Origin: a candidate division WOR-3 bacterium
GTDB lineage: Bacteria > Hydrothermota > Hydrothermia > JBDRYB01
Length of the DNA: 34,713 bases
NCBI GenBank assembly: GCA_049969615.1
Contig: JBMFOM010000009.1
Coordinates: 1-34,713, forward strand
Direction of reading: 5' to 3'
A program made the position numbers and the translations under genes. The notes beneath the pieces are model-generated. The model ran no database searches. It was given only the letters and a program-made list of their open reading frames with translations, and was not told the origin of the DNA. This document shows, piece after piece, positions 8,472-17,325 of the stretch (the stretch's first letter is position 1; the number at the start of each line of letters is the position of its first letter).

Positions 8472-8930
8472 TCATTTCTCCGTCCCCTCTTCGCCGATGA
8501 GGTCTGTGAACGAGAAACCCTCCAGGAGTGAGAGATCGGTGCCAAAGATCTCTGAGACATCAACATGAGTGGATATTACCTTGGATATCTCAGTTGCGGC
8601 CTTGCGAACCTCAACCAGGATGAGGCCGAGGGGCGCCTCTGACATGACCGAGACCGCCAGGACTCCTTCTTGGCCGGCCCCCGCTATGACGACCATCTTG
8701 TCCTCGCCCTTTATGTATATCTCGCGTAGGATCCCGCCCTTTATCTCTTCCAGGACATTTTCGCCTAGGCCCAGCAGGGCGGCCGCCATCGCACCGAAAG
8801 ACTCCTCGTTCGTGCCCTGTTCCAGGGCCGAGGCCAGGGAGATTCCCTCAACATTTATGACGGCCGCGGCCTTTATGTGCGGTGTCTTCCTGATCAGGTT
8901 TTTCAGGATGGTTTCTACCTGCGATTCCAT
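8472..8930 (-). CDS. mglB: Roadblock/LC7 domain protein (MglB-like)
   Basis: AAVINVEGISLAS...GAMAAALLGLGE...APLGLILVEVR matches the Roadblock/LC7 pattern. Directly upstream of mglA, with a GGAGGT RBS. Confidence 0.8.
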   Translation of the reverse strand: MESQVETILKNLIRKTPHIKAAAVINVEGISLASALEQGTNEESFGAMAAALLGLGENVLEEIKGGILREIYIKGEDKMVVIAGAGQEGVLAVSVMSEAPLGLILVEVRKAATEISKVISTHVDVSEIFGTDLSLLEGFSFTDLIGEEGTEK

Positions 8931-8955
8931 ATTATACCTCCATCTCTAGGTATAA

Positions 8956-8984
8956 ATAATACAGGAAAACGCCTGGCGTGTCAA
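8956..8984 (-). promoter_or_regulatory. Sigma70-type promoter of the mglBA signalling operon
   Basis: Minus strand TTGACA-17 nt-TATTAT. Confidence 0.65.
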
Positions 8985-9139
8985 GCACTTTCCCAAAAGA
9001 TATAACTACCACCGCGATATTATAAACCCCACGAGCGGCCCTGCTCCACCATTTTTCTGGGATGGCAATCGGCGAACCCTGAAAGATGGATGCTTCCGGG
9101 GTGATCGCAGGACAACAATTTTGGACTCGCTTATTACAA

Positions 9140-9213
9140 TCGGGGCGCCCGGACTTGAACCGGGGGCCTCATGGTCCCGAACCATGCGCGCTACCAATCT
9201 GCGCTACGCCCCG
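9140..9213 (-). tRNA. tRNA-Pro(CGG), CCA not encoded
   Basis: Reverse complement is CGGGGCGTAGCGCAGATTGGTAGCGCGCATGGTTCGGGACCATGAGGCCCCCGGTTCAAGTCCGGGCGCCCCGA. Acceptor stem CGGGGCG/CGCCCCG, anticodon arm CATGG-TTCGGGA-CCATG, T-loop GGTTCAAGTCC. Confidence 0.97.
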
Positions 9214-9222
9214 AAAGGATAA

Positions 9223-9251
9223 ATTATAACCCACTTCCTGCGCGGGATCAA
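9223..9251 (-). promoter_or_regulatory. Promoter of tRNA-Pro (TTGATC cassette copy 1)
   Basis: TTGATC-CCGCGCAGGAAGTGGGT-TATAAT, with 9 nt between the -10 box and the tRNA 5' end. Confidence 0.75.
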
Positions 9252-9317
9252 ATTTTTGTAGTTGGGAAGACCGGACAGATCTGAGGCAATGGTTATAAGT
9301 CCTTATGGGGCCTGTCC

Positions 9318-9656
9318 CTATTTTACCTCTATGAAGGGCTTTATTGCCTCCAGTTTCTTCTCGTTCATACCCTTTACTTCAAGGAGCTCGTCCATTGTGT
9401 TAAACCCGCTTCTTTCCTGCCTGAGTTGGATTATATTCTCGGCCGTCTTTGGCCCTATTCCCGGAAGGTTCTCCAGCTCCGCGGCCGTCGCGGTGTTCAG
9501 GTTGACCTTCTTGATGTAGGTCTCCTCTGTCCTGGGGAAGTTATCCGGACTTATTGGCCTTGAGTGTAGACCCAGTCTTGCCAGGAACAAGATTAGAGTT
9601 CCGAGTAGAAACGAACCGAGCGCGAACACAAGCGCCCTTTTCTCGCCAGGGTTCAC
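9318..9656 (-). CDS. comEA: ComEA-family helix-hairpin-helix DNA-binding protein
   Basis: N-terminal TM, then KVNLNTATAAELENLPGIGPKTAENII...LLEVKGM. Start placed at GTG 9656 (6 nt after TATAAT) rather than 9692. Confidence 0.85.
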   Translation of the reverse strand: MNPGEKRALVFALGSFLLGTLILFLARLGLHSRPISPDNFPRTEETYIKKVNLNTATAAELENLPGIGPKTAENIIQLRQERSGFNTMDELLEVKGMNEKKLEAIKPFIEVK

Positions 9657-9780
9657 GCTTAGATTATAAGGAAACCGTGGAGCCGGGTTCACTTGAAATT
9701 CCCATGAACCCTACCCTATGATCCTTGTTCTCTTTCTGCATGGGGTAATTTATACGCCCAAAGCTTTATAATAATCAGGC

Positions 9781-10239
9781 TTGAAGACTATTGTCCTCTG
9801 TCTCGGAAACGACATCATGGCCGACGACGCGGTTGGCATCCGGGTTGCGGAGGCCTTAGAGAAGAAGCTTAACGGCCTGGCTGACCTGAAGACCACCTCG
9901 GTCTCAGGGCTTTACCTCCTGGACTACCTGGATGGCTATGACAGGGCTGTTATCGTTGATGCGTTTACGCCTTCCGATCCGGTCCCCGGGCGGATAAGGG
10001 TCTTTGACATGGTTCCATCGGATAAACCCCCCGTTGGGCCCTCTCCTCACTACATAAGCCTTTCGGACGCGCTCACGGTGGGCAAGAGGCTCGGATTGAC
10101 ATTGCCAGCAAGGATAACGGTCGTGGGAATAGAGGTTTTTGACCCGTTCACCATAGGCGGCCAGATGCATCCCGATGTCTGGGCCTCGGTTCCCCTGGCG
10201 GCCGAAACTGTTCTGGAGCTCCTCAGATGCATGAAGTGA
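9781..10239 (+). CDS. Hydrogenase maturation protease (HycI/HyaD family)
   Basis: LGNDIMADDAVG, VIVDA and a conserved His (SPH). Adjacent to hypA/hypB. Confidence 0.9.
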   Translation: MKTIVLCLGNDIMADDAVGIRVAEALEKKLNGLADLKTTSVSGLYLLDYLDGYDRAVIVDAFTPSDPVPGRIRVFDMVPSDKPPVGPSPHYISLSDALTVGKRLGLTLPARITVVGIEVFDPFTIGGQMHPDVWASVPLAAETVLELLRCMK

Positions 10240-10574
10240 CCGTCTGCGATAGCCTCCTTGATCTCGTTGAGGAAACAGCAAAAAAGCACCACGCCCGGCG
10301 GGTTTCGGTTGTTAGGGTCAGGATAGGGGAGATCTCCGGGGTTGTTCCGGAATTGCTCCAGCACGCTTTTGAGGTCCTGGCGCCGGAGAGGCAGTTGACT
10401 ATGGGCGCCTCCTTGATACTGGAAAAGGTGAGGCCCCTCGCGCACTGCGAGGCCTGCGGCCAGGATTTTGAGCCAACGGAATATGTGTTTATATGCCCGG
10501 CCTGCGGTTCCGGAAGGACAAGGCTCCTGGCCGGGGACGAGTTGAGCCTGGATAGGATTGAAATGGAGGTATGA
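10227..10574 (+). CDS. hypA: Hydrogenase nickel metallochaperone HypA
   Basis: N-terminal MHE, CEAC and CPAC zinc motifs, GDEL. Confidence 0.95.
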   Translation: MHEVTVCDSLLDLVEETAKKHHARRVSVVRVRIGEISGVVPELLQHAFEVLAPERQLTMGASLILEKVRPLAHCEACGQDFEPTEYVFICPACGSGRTRLLAGDELSLDRIEMEV

Positions 10575-10575
10575 C

Positions 10576-11250
10576 ATGTGCGAGGAATGCGGATGCGAAG
10601 AGGGAAACCAGGTGGTTGATGTTGGCGAGGATATACTCAAGGAAAACCTGAGATACGCGGCCCATAACCGGGAACACCTTGATGAGCACGGAGTCTTTTC
10701 GGTGGAGCTCATCTCCGCGCCCGGCTCCGGCAAGACATCCCTAATAGAGGCCCTCTCTGATCACTTGAAAGACATCGGTATGGCTGTGATTGAGGGGGAC
10801 ATAGAGACCGCGAGGGATGCTGAACGCATTAGGGCAAAAGGAATCCCCGCTTTCCAGCTGACCACTGGCGGCGCTTGCCACCTTGACGCGAGGCTCGTCC
10901 ACGGCGCTTTCCACCACCTTCCCTTGGACGGCGTAAAGCTCCTTTTCATTGAGAATGTCGGGAACCTGGTCTGCCCCGCGGCCTTCCGGCTAGGAGCGCA
11001 CCAGCGCTGGGTCATTCTCTCGGTCCCGGAAGGAGACGACAAACCGGCCAAATATCCCCGCGCTTTCCGTGAGGCCTCGGTTTTCATCATCAACAAAACA
11101 GACCTCCTCCCACACATGGAATTTGACCTTGAGCGGGTTAAGAACGAGGCGCTTTCCCTGAACCCGTATCTCAGGTTCTTCGCGGTTTCTGCCAGGACAG
11201 GGGAGGGTATGCCGGATCTCGCGGCATACCTGAGAGATCATATTCGTTAG
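10576..11250 (+). CDS. hypB: Hydrogenase nickel incorporation GTPase HypB
   Basis: MCEECGC N-terminal metal site, PGSGKT, IEGD, ACHLDA, ENVGNLVCPA and NKTD. GGAGGT RBS at 10565-10570 supports the 10576 start. Confidence 0.95.
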   Translation: MCEECGCEEGNQVVDVGEDILKENLRYAAHNREHLDEHGVFSVELISAPGSGKTSLIEALSDHLKDIGMAVIEGDIETARDAERIRAKGIPAFQLTTGGACHLDARLVHGAFHHLPLDGVKLLFIENVGNLVCPAAFRLGAHQRWVILSVPEGDDKPAKYPRAFREASVFIINKTDLLPHMEFDLERVKNEALSLNPYLRFFAVSARTGEGMPDLAAYLRDHIR

Positions 11251-11258
11251 CTAGCCAT

Positions 11259-11284
11259 AAAAAAGGGGCCGAGAGGCCCCCTTT
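11259..11284 (-). terminator. Rho-independent terminator, probably bidirectional
   Basis: AAAAAA-GGGGCC-GAGA-GGCCCC-CTTT lies between convergent hypB and the CTD gene and gives a U6 tract on the minus strand. Confidence 0.85.
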
Positions 11285-11306
11285 GGTTTTCCAGGGAACT
11301 ATCCCC

Positions 11307-12971
11307 TTACCTCGTTACGACAACCTTGCCGGTTGTGGTGAACTTGCCGGCGTCCACCTTGAACAGATATGTCCCTGTGGCAAGACCGGACATGTCCAGC
11401 CTGAGCGAGCCAGTGCCTTCGCCAGACATCAGCTGACGGCCGACCACATCATAGACGGTCGCGCTGGCCTTCACATTGGTTGGGAGTCCGCTGAGGACCA
11501 GGTTCTTCCCGACCATCCTGTAGGAGAATGTCTGGTCCGGGTGAGAGTTCTCGGAGACGCCAATGTTTTCCAGGCGAACCACATAGAGATAGAAGGGCAT
11601 GCCGTGGAGGGGCGGGTCCTGGCCTGTCTCAGCATCCCACCAGGCGTCCGTGTTGTCGTGTATCTCAAGGCCATAGGCGAGCCAGATCCTTCCGTTCCAG
11701 TAGTGCTCGGGCACCTTGGGGCAGAAGTGGGCCTTCTTGGGGTTCTCCTGAGAGAGGTTCACAGGGGTTGACCATGTAGCGCCGTTGTCCTGTGAGACGG
11801 TGTAGTATATGTCGTAATTTGCCCACCCGTAGGTTTGGTCAGAGCGCCACTCGTTGACCTGCGCCCAGAAAGAGACCAGGTGGCCCGTGTTTGGCTCAGA
11901 GGTTATCTGGTGTCCTTCGGGGAGGATGTTCTGGAGGGTGTCGCCGTATGAGTATACAGTGGGAAGGATTACCTGATTTACGCCGTCGCCGTAGTAGATG
12001 TATTTGGCGAATTCGGCATCAGCGCTCGCGGAAGCCGTCACCTGCACTGAGGGCCTGGGGGTTGTGCCGCCATTGGGATAGTTGAGGGTCCAGTCCCCAC
12101 GCCAGATAACGTTCGCACCGGGATCAACGGGTATATCAACCACTGTTGGGGTCATGTTGACATTCAGACTGCTTCCATCCCAGGTCGCGGTGAAATACTC
12201 AAACTCCACCGAAGAGGAGTTCAAGGTGCCGAGGTATATGGTGTTGGAGTAGCGGTCAAACATGACGGAGTTCAAGATGTGGCCGGTGATGTATATCTGG
12301 GGTGCGGAGGCCCAGAGGCCAGTGACCGGGTCATAGACCGACAGCCATATATCCGGAGTGCCGTCGTTCTCCGCGATGAGCACCTTGCCATCCTGCAGGA
12401 CCCTGCCAGGCGCTGAGGACACGCCTATGTTGTCGCTGGCGACGCCATAGGCACCGTTGTCCTTGTCAACCGTCGCACCGCAGAGGAAGCCCCACGCTGG
12501 ACCCGATACCAGGCCAGGGAATGTGGATATGGGCCAATTGGGCACAGCATCCGGAGACCAATGCGAGCAGGGATACCGGCTCCCAGCCTGATAGAGGCCG
12601 GCGTCCACATCAAACTTCTCGTAGTTGTCCCAGGTTGGCGAACCCGCCATGCCATCGTATGTCCAGTGCATCTTGAGGTAGCCGGTTGACGCGGGGTCCC
12701 ACATTCTATGGACGAAGGCCACATATTCCTTGGAGTTGACCCACTTAACAGCCAGGGGCTCAGGCGACGGATAGAGTATTCCGAACTGGTTCCTGGACGA
12801 ATCGGTGAGCACGGGCGCGGGGAGCGCGGTTGTGCGGACTATGTCGCCGGGCTCGGTCTGCGCGGGGGCATAGTTGCCCTCGTCCACGATGAGCCTCATG
12901 GCCTTTGGGTGGATGTTCATGTTGGCGGCCCACAGGCCTCCCAACATCAGAGCTATGGCTGTATACCTCAT
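11307..12971 (-). CDS. Secreted beta-propeller-like protein (Asp-box/BNR) with a T9SS type A-like C-terminal sorting domain
   Basis: Signal peptide MRYTAIALMLGGLWAA, Asp-box SQDNGATW, and CTD VYDVVGRQL...LATGTYLFKV...GKVVV. Confidence 0.75.
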   Translation of the reverse strand: MRYTAIALMLGGLWAANMNIHPKAMRLIVDEGNYAPAQTEPGDIVRTTALPAPVLTDSSRNQFGILYPSPEPLAVKWVNSKEYVAFVHRMWDPASTGYLKMHWTYDGMAGSPTWDNYEKFDVDAGLYQAGSRYPCSHWSPDAVPNWPISTFPGLVSGPAWGFLCGATVDKDNGAYGVASDNIGVSSAPGRVLQDGKVLIAENDGTPDIWLSVYDPVTGLWASAPQIYITGHILNSVMFDRYSNTIYLGTLNSSSVEFEYFTATWDGSSLNVNMTPTVVDIPVDPGANVIWRGDWTLNYPNGGTTPRPSVQVTASASADAEFAKYIYYGDGVNQVILPTVYSYGDTLQNILPEGHQITSEPNTGHLVSFWAQVNEWRSDQTYGWANYDIYYTVSQDNGATWSTPVNLSQENPKKAHFCPKVPEHYWNGRIWLAYGLEIHDNTDAWWDAETGQDPPLHGMPFYLYVVRLENIGVSENSHPDQTFSYRMVGKNLVLSGLPTNVKASATVYDVVGRQLMSGEGTGSLRLDMSGLATGTYLFKVDAGKFTTTGKVVVTR

Positions 12972-13011
12972 CTTTTTTACCTCCTATGGTATAAGGTTAT
13001 GTTCGCATATT

Positions 13012-13950
13012 TTAAAGTCCGCCCTCTATCTTGTTCAAGATCAGGGGGGTGTTGTCCGGGTCAAAGCACCAGGTGAAGTCGGTCCGGTTGGTAAAGGTCC
13101 AGCCACCGTATGGGAACGTCGGATCAACCTGATTCAGCATGTCAACAGCGTTTGCATACCATCCCTGTCTGTAGTACAGATAAGCGAGGATGTACGCTAG
13201 CTTTGTGTTATCCAGCTGGAGGCTGGTCCTTACCCTGTCTGGAACCGGATCAACCAGGTTAGCGTTGCCCAGGTAGCCAGCCAGGCCGTAGCAGATTCCC
13301 CTGGTGTAGTTCCCGCGCTCCGCCAGATATGTGAGTGCCTCGCCAGCGAAGCCATACCAGAGAACCTCCTGCAGTTCTTCGGGATGGAAGTAAGCGTAGG
13401 AGTAAGAGACAATACTCGTATCAGGCGTGGTGGTTATCGGCAGGTCTTGCTTGATATAGATCTTCGTGCCTTTTACGCCTATCACATTCGCGGGCTTGTA
13501 TTGCACATCAAAGCTGAACAACGATAGCAGGGTATCTGGAGGCAGGTTGAAGATCCATATTCTTGACGCGCCATACCAGGATGTGTCCACGTAGCCTGAA
13601 TCCACCCAGTTCTCATCCGTGAGGTCCACGCCGCCCAGGGTATCCTTGACTATGGTGGAGGCCTCCAGGATGCTTATGAGCGCGAGCGCTCCGTGGGCAT
13701 CGGAGTAGCTTGAGAGCTGGGAAGATGAGAAGCCCTGGCCGAGCCTGGCCTCGGAGTTGAACGCGTCCACCACGACCACGGAGTCAAAAGTGGCCAGGGA
13801 GGATTCGTAGTTTCCGGCCCTGTAGCGGGCCCATGCCGTGTCCAGGAGCTCCTCTATCTCGGCCGGTTCGTCTGGTTTCGGACCCTCGCCGCATCCAAAG
13901 AACATGCTCACTATGAGGGCAAGGGGAAGGAGGAAGGTTATCTTTTTCAT
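13012..13950 (-). CDS. Lipoprotein with TPR-like helices
   Basis: MKK + hydrophobic core + FFGC lipobox. TPR-like AWARYRAGNYESSLATF...ARLGQGFS and a second TPR-like helix pair near the C-terminus. Confidence 0.75.
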   Translation of the reverse strand: MKKITFLLPLALIVSMFFGCGEGPKPDEPAEIEELLDTAWARYRAGNYESSLATFDSVVVVDAFNSEARLGQGFSSSQLSSYSDAHGALALISILEASTIVKDTLGGVDLTDENWVDSGYVDTSWYGASRIWIFNLPPDTLLSLFSFDVQYKPANVIGVKGTKIYIKQDLPITTTPDTSIVSYSYAYFHPEELQEVLWYGFAGEALTYLAERGNYTRGICYGLAGYLGNANLVDPVPDRVRTSLQLDNTKLAYILAYLYYRQGWYANAVDMLNQVDPTFPYGGWTFTNRTDFTWCFDPDNTPLILNKIEGGL

Positions 13951-13953
13951 TTG

Positions 13954-16311
13954 CTACCTCCCTATGAAGGCCACCTTCCTGAGGTGGGTTTCATCGTTGA
14001 CCGCTATACGGTAGAAATAGATTCCTGAGGGCGTATTGGCTGTGTTCCATGTTAGGACATAGCTCCCCTGATCAAGGGTTCCATCATATGGCTGGGCAAC
14101 GCGCTTTCCTGAGACATCATAGACGCTCCAGGAGACCTTGCTCGCTGATGGCAGAGACAGGTATATCCTTGCCTCTCCCTCGCGGATGGCCGTGGGTGCC
14201 CAGAGCTCCGGCACCGTGACCTTCGGCGCGCCGGGCCTGCCCATGAGGTATGTCCCCATTTTGTCCAGATGCGCCACGAGGTATGAGTTGTCGGGACTCA
14301 TATATGTCTGGACAGGTTCCCACTGGTCCCCGTTCTTGTAATAGAGACCGGTCGGGCCATCGGTCGCCAGCCTGAGCATGAAGGGTTTCATCACGGGTAT
14401 TGACCTGGTGCCTATCTGGAAGGCTGTTCCCTCGGAGCCATCGGCCAGGGCAAGCCCCGCGTCAGCCCTGTCAACCAGAACCAGGGTTCCGTTGGCCAAA
14501 GCGCCCTGCGGTATGTCCAGGATGACATTCCCGCCTATGAGGCTATAGGTCCCAGCCCCATAGATGTGGATGAGGCCGAGGGTGTCGGTCTGGGGGTTGG
14601 ACACCTCCATTCCGAGCCTGTTCATGGCCCTGTATAGCTTCACATAGACATCGCCCGAGAAGACGTTCCCGAACTGGTCCTTGAGCTCAAGGGAAACCCC
14701 GCCAGTATACAAGCGCTTTAGGGTTGTACCGTGGTATACCGTATCGTTTGTCAGGAAGGTTGAGAGCTTGTATATTGCTGATTTGTACTTCGGGTCAGAT
14801 GGTTCCAGGACTATTTTCGGAGTGGTGTCGCCAGGAGACGCGTCCGAATAGAGCAGGTCTTTGGAGGCCAGATATATGTCCGCTGTCTTCAGGAAAGCAG
14901 GGTTCTGGATTGAGTAGAGGCCGATGATCTGAGGCGCGGGATCGTTCACGCCGGGACCCATCCAGAAGTAATAAGTAGAGGAGTTGATGTTCACCACATA
15001 GATGTTGTGCTTTCCTGAGATCTGAGGCAGTATAACCCTGTTTATGCTATCCAACTCGCCGGTGTAATCAGTAATGCTTTTGTTTGTGGTGTCAAAGACA
15101 AAGACCCTGAAACCGGGAACCGTGTCTCCGGATATAACCATCTTGTTCCCTTCCTGGCCCTTGAAATAGGTGTCAAGGGCCAGAGCGCCCGCCTTTTTGA
15201 AGGGCACATAGATTACCTGGCCGTTTTCCTTTATCCGCTGTGGTGAGGAAACGGATTTTTGTCCCGTGAAGATCTTGTAGCCCGGCAGTGAAGAAAAGGT
15301 ATATCCTGAGACATTATAGTTGTTAAGAGCGCATGTGAGGCCAAAGAGGGTAAGCGCGTCGGGCATGTTCAGGCCAAGGTCAGCCGCGAGCTTCTCCGTT
15401 ATCTGGTAACGGGCAAGAAAGTCATCGTTGAAGGCTATCTCTTTTATGAACTCCTCGCCGTCGGGCACTTTCTCTGAAACCCACAGGAACCACAGGAGCG
15501 ACCTCTCCCTGTCCTGTTCCCTCGCGACTGGGGAATTGGTGTAGTAGTAGGTATAGCTGTAGAGAGACCTGTTCGTGTTGTCCTCAAGCCCTCCGTAGCA
15601 CCTGCCAGCGACGAAGCCATCCACGACACCATAGCCGGCCTTAAACGCGTTATACATCGCCAGGCCCGTTATTGAGATCGGCTCTTCTTTGGTATCCAGA
15701 GACCACATGATATACCTGGAATAGAGATAGGCCGTGAGTGCCTCGTAGCCTGGAGCGGGTATGCCGCCAGGGCTTATGTCAAGTACGATCATCTCCTTCC
15801 TGTTTGAAAGGCCAGTAGTGTCTGTGGTGTCCTCGTTGAAGGGGTCAAAGTAGCCGAAGAAAGGATAGAGGCCGGGGTCAGAGTTGTAGTTGTCCGCGGC
15901 CCCCTGTTTCCCGGGATACACGGGCGCTAGGATTATGAAGACCCTGGGGTCCCCATCTACATCAACGAGATCAGAGGGTTCTACCCCCATGACTGCGAGG
16001 AGTTTGTTTTTGCCTCCTCCGGTCTGAAAATCGTTGAAGACTGCCTGGGCTACCGAATCAGCGAACGCTGTGTCAGCAACAGTGTTAGCGCTGTCTATGA
16101 GGCCGGTTTTCTTGCTCACATACCGGTTGATGTAGCACACGGCCACATAGCAGTCAGCGCCCTTGTAGAGGACCGTAGCGGTGTCTATTACGGTATCCTT
16201 TTCCAGGATTATGCCGAAGTGATCCAGGACAACTGGCACCCTGTCCCCCACATTATACTCCGCGGCCGCGAAGCCCACAGCCGCAAGGAGAAGGGTTATT
16301 AGCCTTTTCAT
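13954..16311 (-). CDS. Secreted protein with a degenerate M30-like (HExxH-lacking) metallopeptidase domain and a T9SS/FlgD-like CTD
   Basis: Signal peptide, DVDGDPRVFII...GYFDP...SNRKEMIVLD, and CTD VYDVSGKRV...LTWN...PSGIYFYRI...KVAFI. Confidence 0.7.
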   Translation of the reverse strand: MKRLITLLLAAVGFAAAEYNVGDRVPVVLDHFGIILEKDTVIDTATVLYKGADCYVAVCYINRYVSKKTGLIDSANTVADTAFADSVAQAVFNDFQTGGGKNKLLAVMGVEPSDLVDVDGDPRVFIILAPVYPGKQGAADNYNSDPGLYPFFGYFDPFNEDTTDTTGLSNRKEMIVLDISPGGIPAPGYEALTAYLYSRYIMWSLDTKEEPISITGLAMYNAFKAGYGVVDGFVAGRCYGGLEDNTNRSLYSYTYYYTNSPVAREQDRERSLLWFLWVSEKVPDGEEFIKEIAFNDDFLARYQITEKLAADLGLNMPDALTLFGLTCALNNYNVSGYTFSSLPGYKIFTGQKSVSSPQRIKENGQVIYVPFKKAGALALDTYFKGQEGNKMVISGDTVPGFRVFVFDTTNKSITDYTGELDSINRVILPQISGKHNIYVVNINSSTYYFWMGPGVNDPAPQIIGLYSIQNPAFLKTADIYLASKDLLYSDASPGDTTPKIVLEPSDPKYKSAIYKLSTFLTNDTVYHGTTLKRLYTGGVSLELKDQFGNVFSGDVYVKLYRAMNRLGMEVSNPQTDTLGLIHIYGAGTYSLIGGNVILDIPQGALANGTLVLVDRADAGLALADGSEGTAFQIGTRSIPVMKPFMLRLATDGPTGLYYKNGDQWEPVQTYMSPDNSYLVAHLDKMGTYLMGRPGAPKVTVPELWAPTAIREGEARIYLSLPSASKVSWSVYDVSGKRVAQPYDGTLDQGSYVLTWNTANTPSGIYFYRIAVNDETHLRKVAFIGR

Positions 16312-16323
16312 GTTTTTACCTCC

Positions 16324-17313
16324 TTAGAAGCTGAAGGAAAGCCCTATCCTGTGCAAGTCAGGAAGGGAACCCATGTCCGAGAAGGAGTAATCAACTTGGC
16401 CCCTGAAGAACGAGAGGCCGAGGCCCCCAGAGAAGCCTCCGAACAGGGGGGCGTTCTCGGTTTCCTGGAACATGAACTTGTTCCCAGCCCGCAGGTAGAG
16501 CATGTTGAAGAGGTTATACTCCATGCCTATGGCGTAGCTCTCCACATTGTCGTTGGGGTGGGTTATCTCCGCGGCCACCAGGAGGCCCTGATACTCGGTC
16601 TTCCACAGGCTCATTGACATTCCAGCCCTGAACAGCAGTGGCAGTGGATAGGTGCTGAACTCAGCGGAGTCGCCCCTGACCGCGCCCTGCTCGTATGTCC
16701 AGCGGATGTAGGTGCCTGATGGTTTGAGGTCAGGGCCAAAGTTCTGCATGGACACGGATATTGTCAGGTCGCGGAAACCGGTTCTGTAATATGTGCCGAC
16801 ATCCGTCGCAAAAGTCCAGGCAGATGCATAGGGGCCGTAGCCCTCATAGACGCCTTTCAGGTTGATTCCCATGGAGAATTTATCCGTGAAATACTGGGCG
16901 TAGCTGACACCCATCTGCATGGCCGTGTAGGAGAAGGTTGAACCCTCGGTTATATCACCGTTTTCATCCAGGGTGTATTCCTGGAAGCCTGTTGACATTA
17001 GTCCTCCGAGGAACACGCCATAGTTGCCGCCCTTTCCAGGGGAGACGAAGGCCAGGCCGCCAACATAGGTGTCCACCCAGTAGGGAAGCATGGAGGTGGC
17101 GACGGCCCTGGTCTTCACATTAGCTAGGCCCGCCGGGTTGATGAAAACCGTGTATGGGTCGTTGGCCACCGAGACAAAGGTCTCGCCCATGCCCACCGCC
17201 CTTGGCGATAGTGGTATGGAGAGAAACTTGGCGCCTGCCTGGGCCACCTTCGCGAACTGCTGTGCCGCGAGGACCCCTGAAAGGATGAGGATGGCGGAAA
17301 TTGCCTTTTTCAT
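16324..17313 (-). CDS. PorV/PorQ-family (UPF0164-like) outer membrane beta-barrel
   Basis: AGAKFLSIPLSPRAVGMGE...INPAGL, QNFG and YLRAG motifs, with a terminal aromatic beta-signal HRIGLSFSF. Confidence 0.85.
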   Translation of the reverse strand: MKKAISAILILSGVLAAQQFAKVAQAGAKFLSIPLSPRAVGMGETFVSVANDPYTVFINPAGLANVKTRAVATSMLPYWVDTYVGGLAFVSPGKGGNYGVFLGGLMSTGFQEYTLDENGDITEGSTFSYTAMQMGVSYAQYFTDKFSMGINLKGVYEGYGPYASAWTFATDVGTYYRTGFRDLTISVSMQNFGPDLKPSGTYIRWTYEQGAVRGDSAEFSTYPLPLLFRAGMSMSLWKTEYQGLLVAAEITHPNDNVESYAIGMEYNLFNMLYLRAGNKFMFQETENAPLFGGFSGGLGLSFFRGQVDYSFSDMGSLPDLHRIGLSFSF

Positions 17314-17325
17314 GTTTGGCCTCCT

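Noticed and set aside
9006-9197. 63-aa ORF in the track
   Set aside because: It overlaps tRNA-Pro on the same strand and is spurious.
9140-9213. tRNA as the integration site of an island carrying the signalling operon
   Set aside because: No integrase and no duplicated tRNA 3' end were seen in the window.
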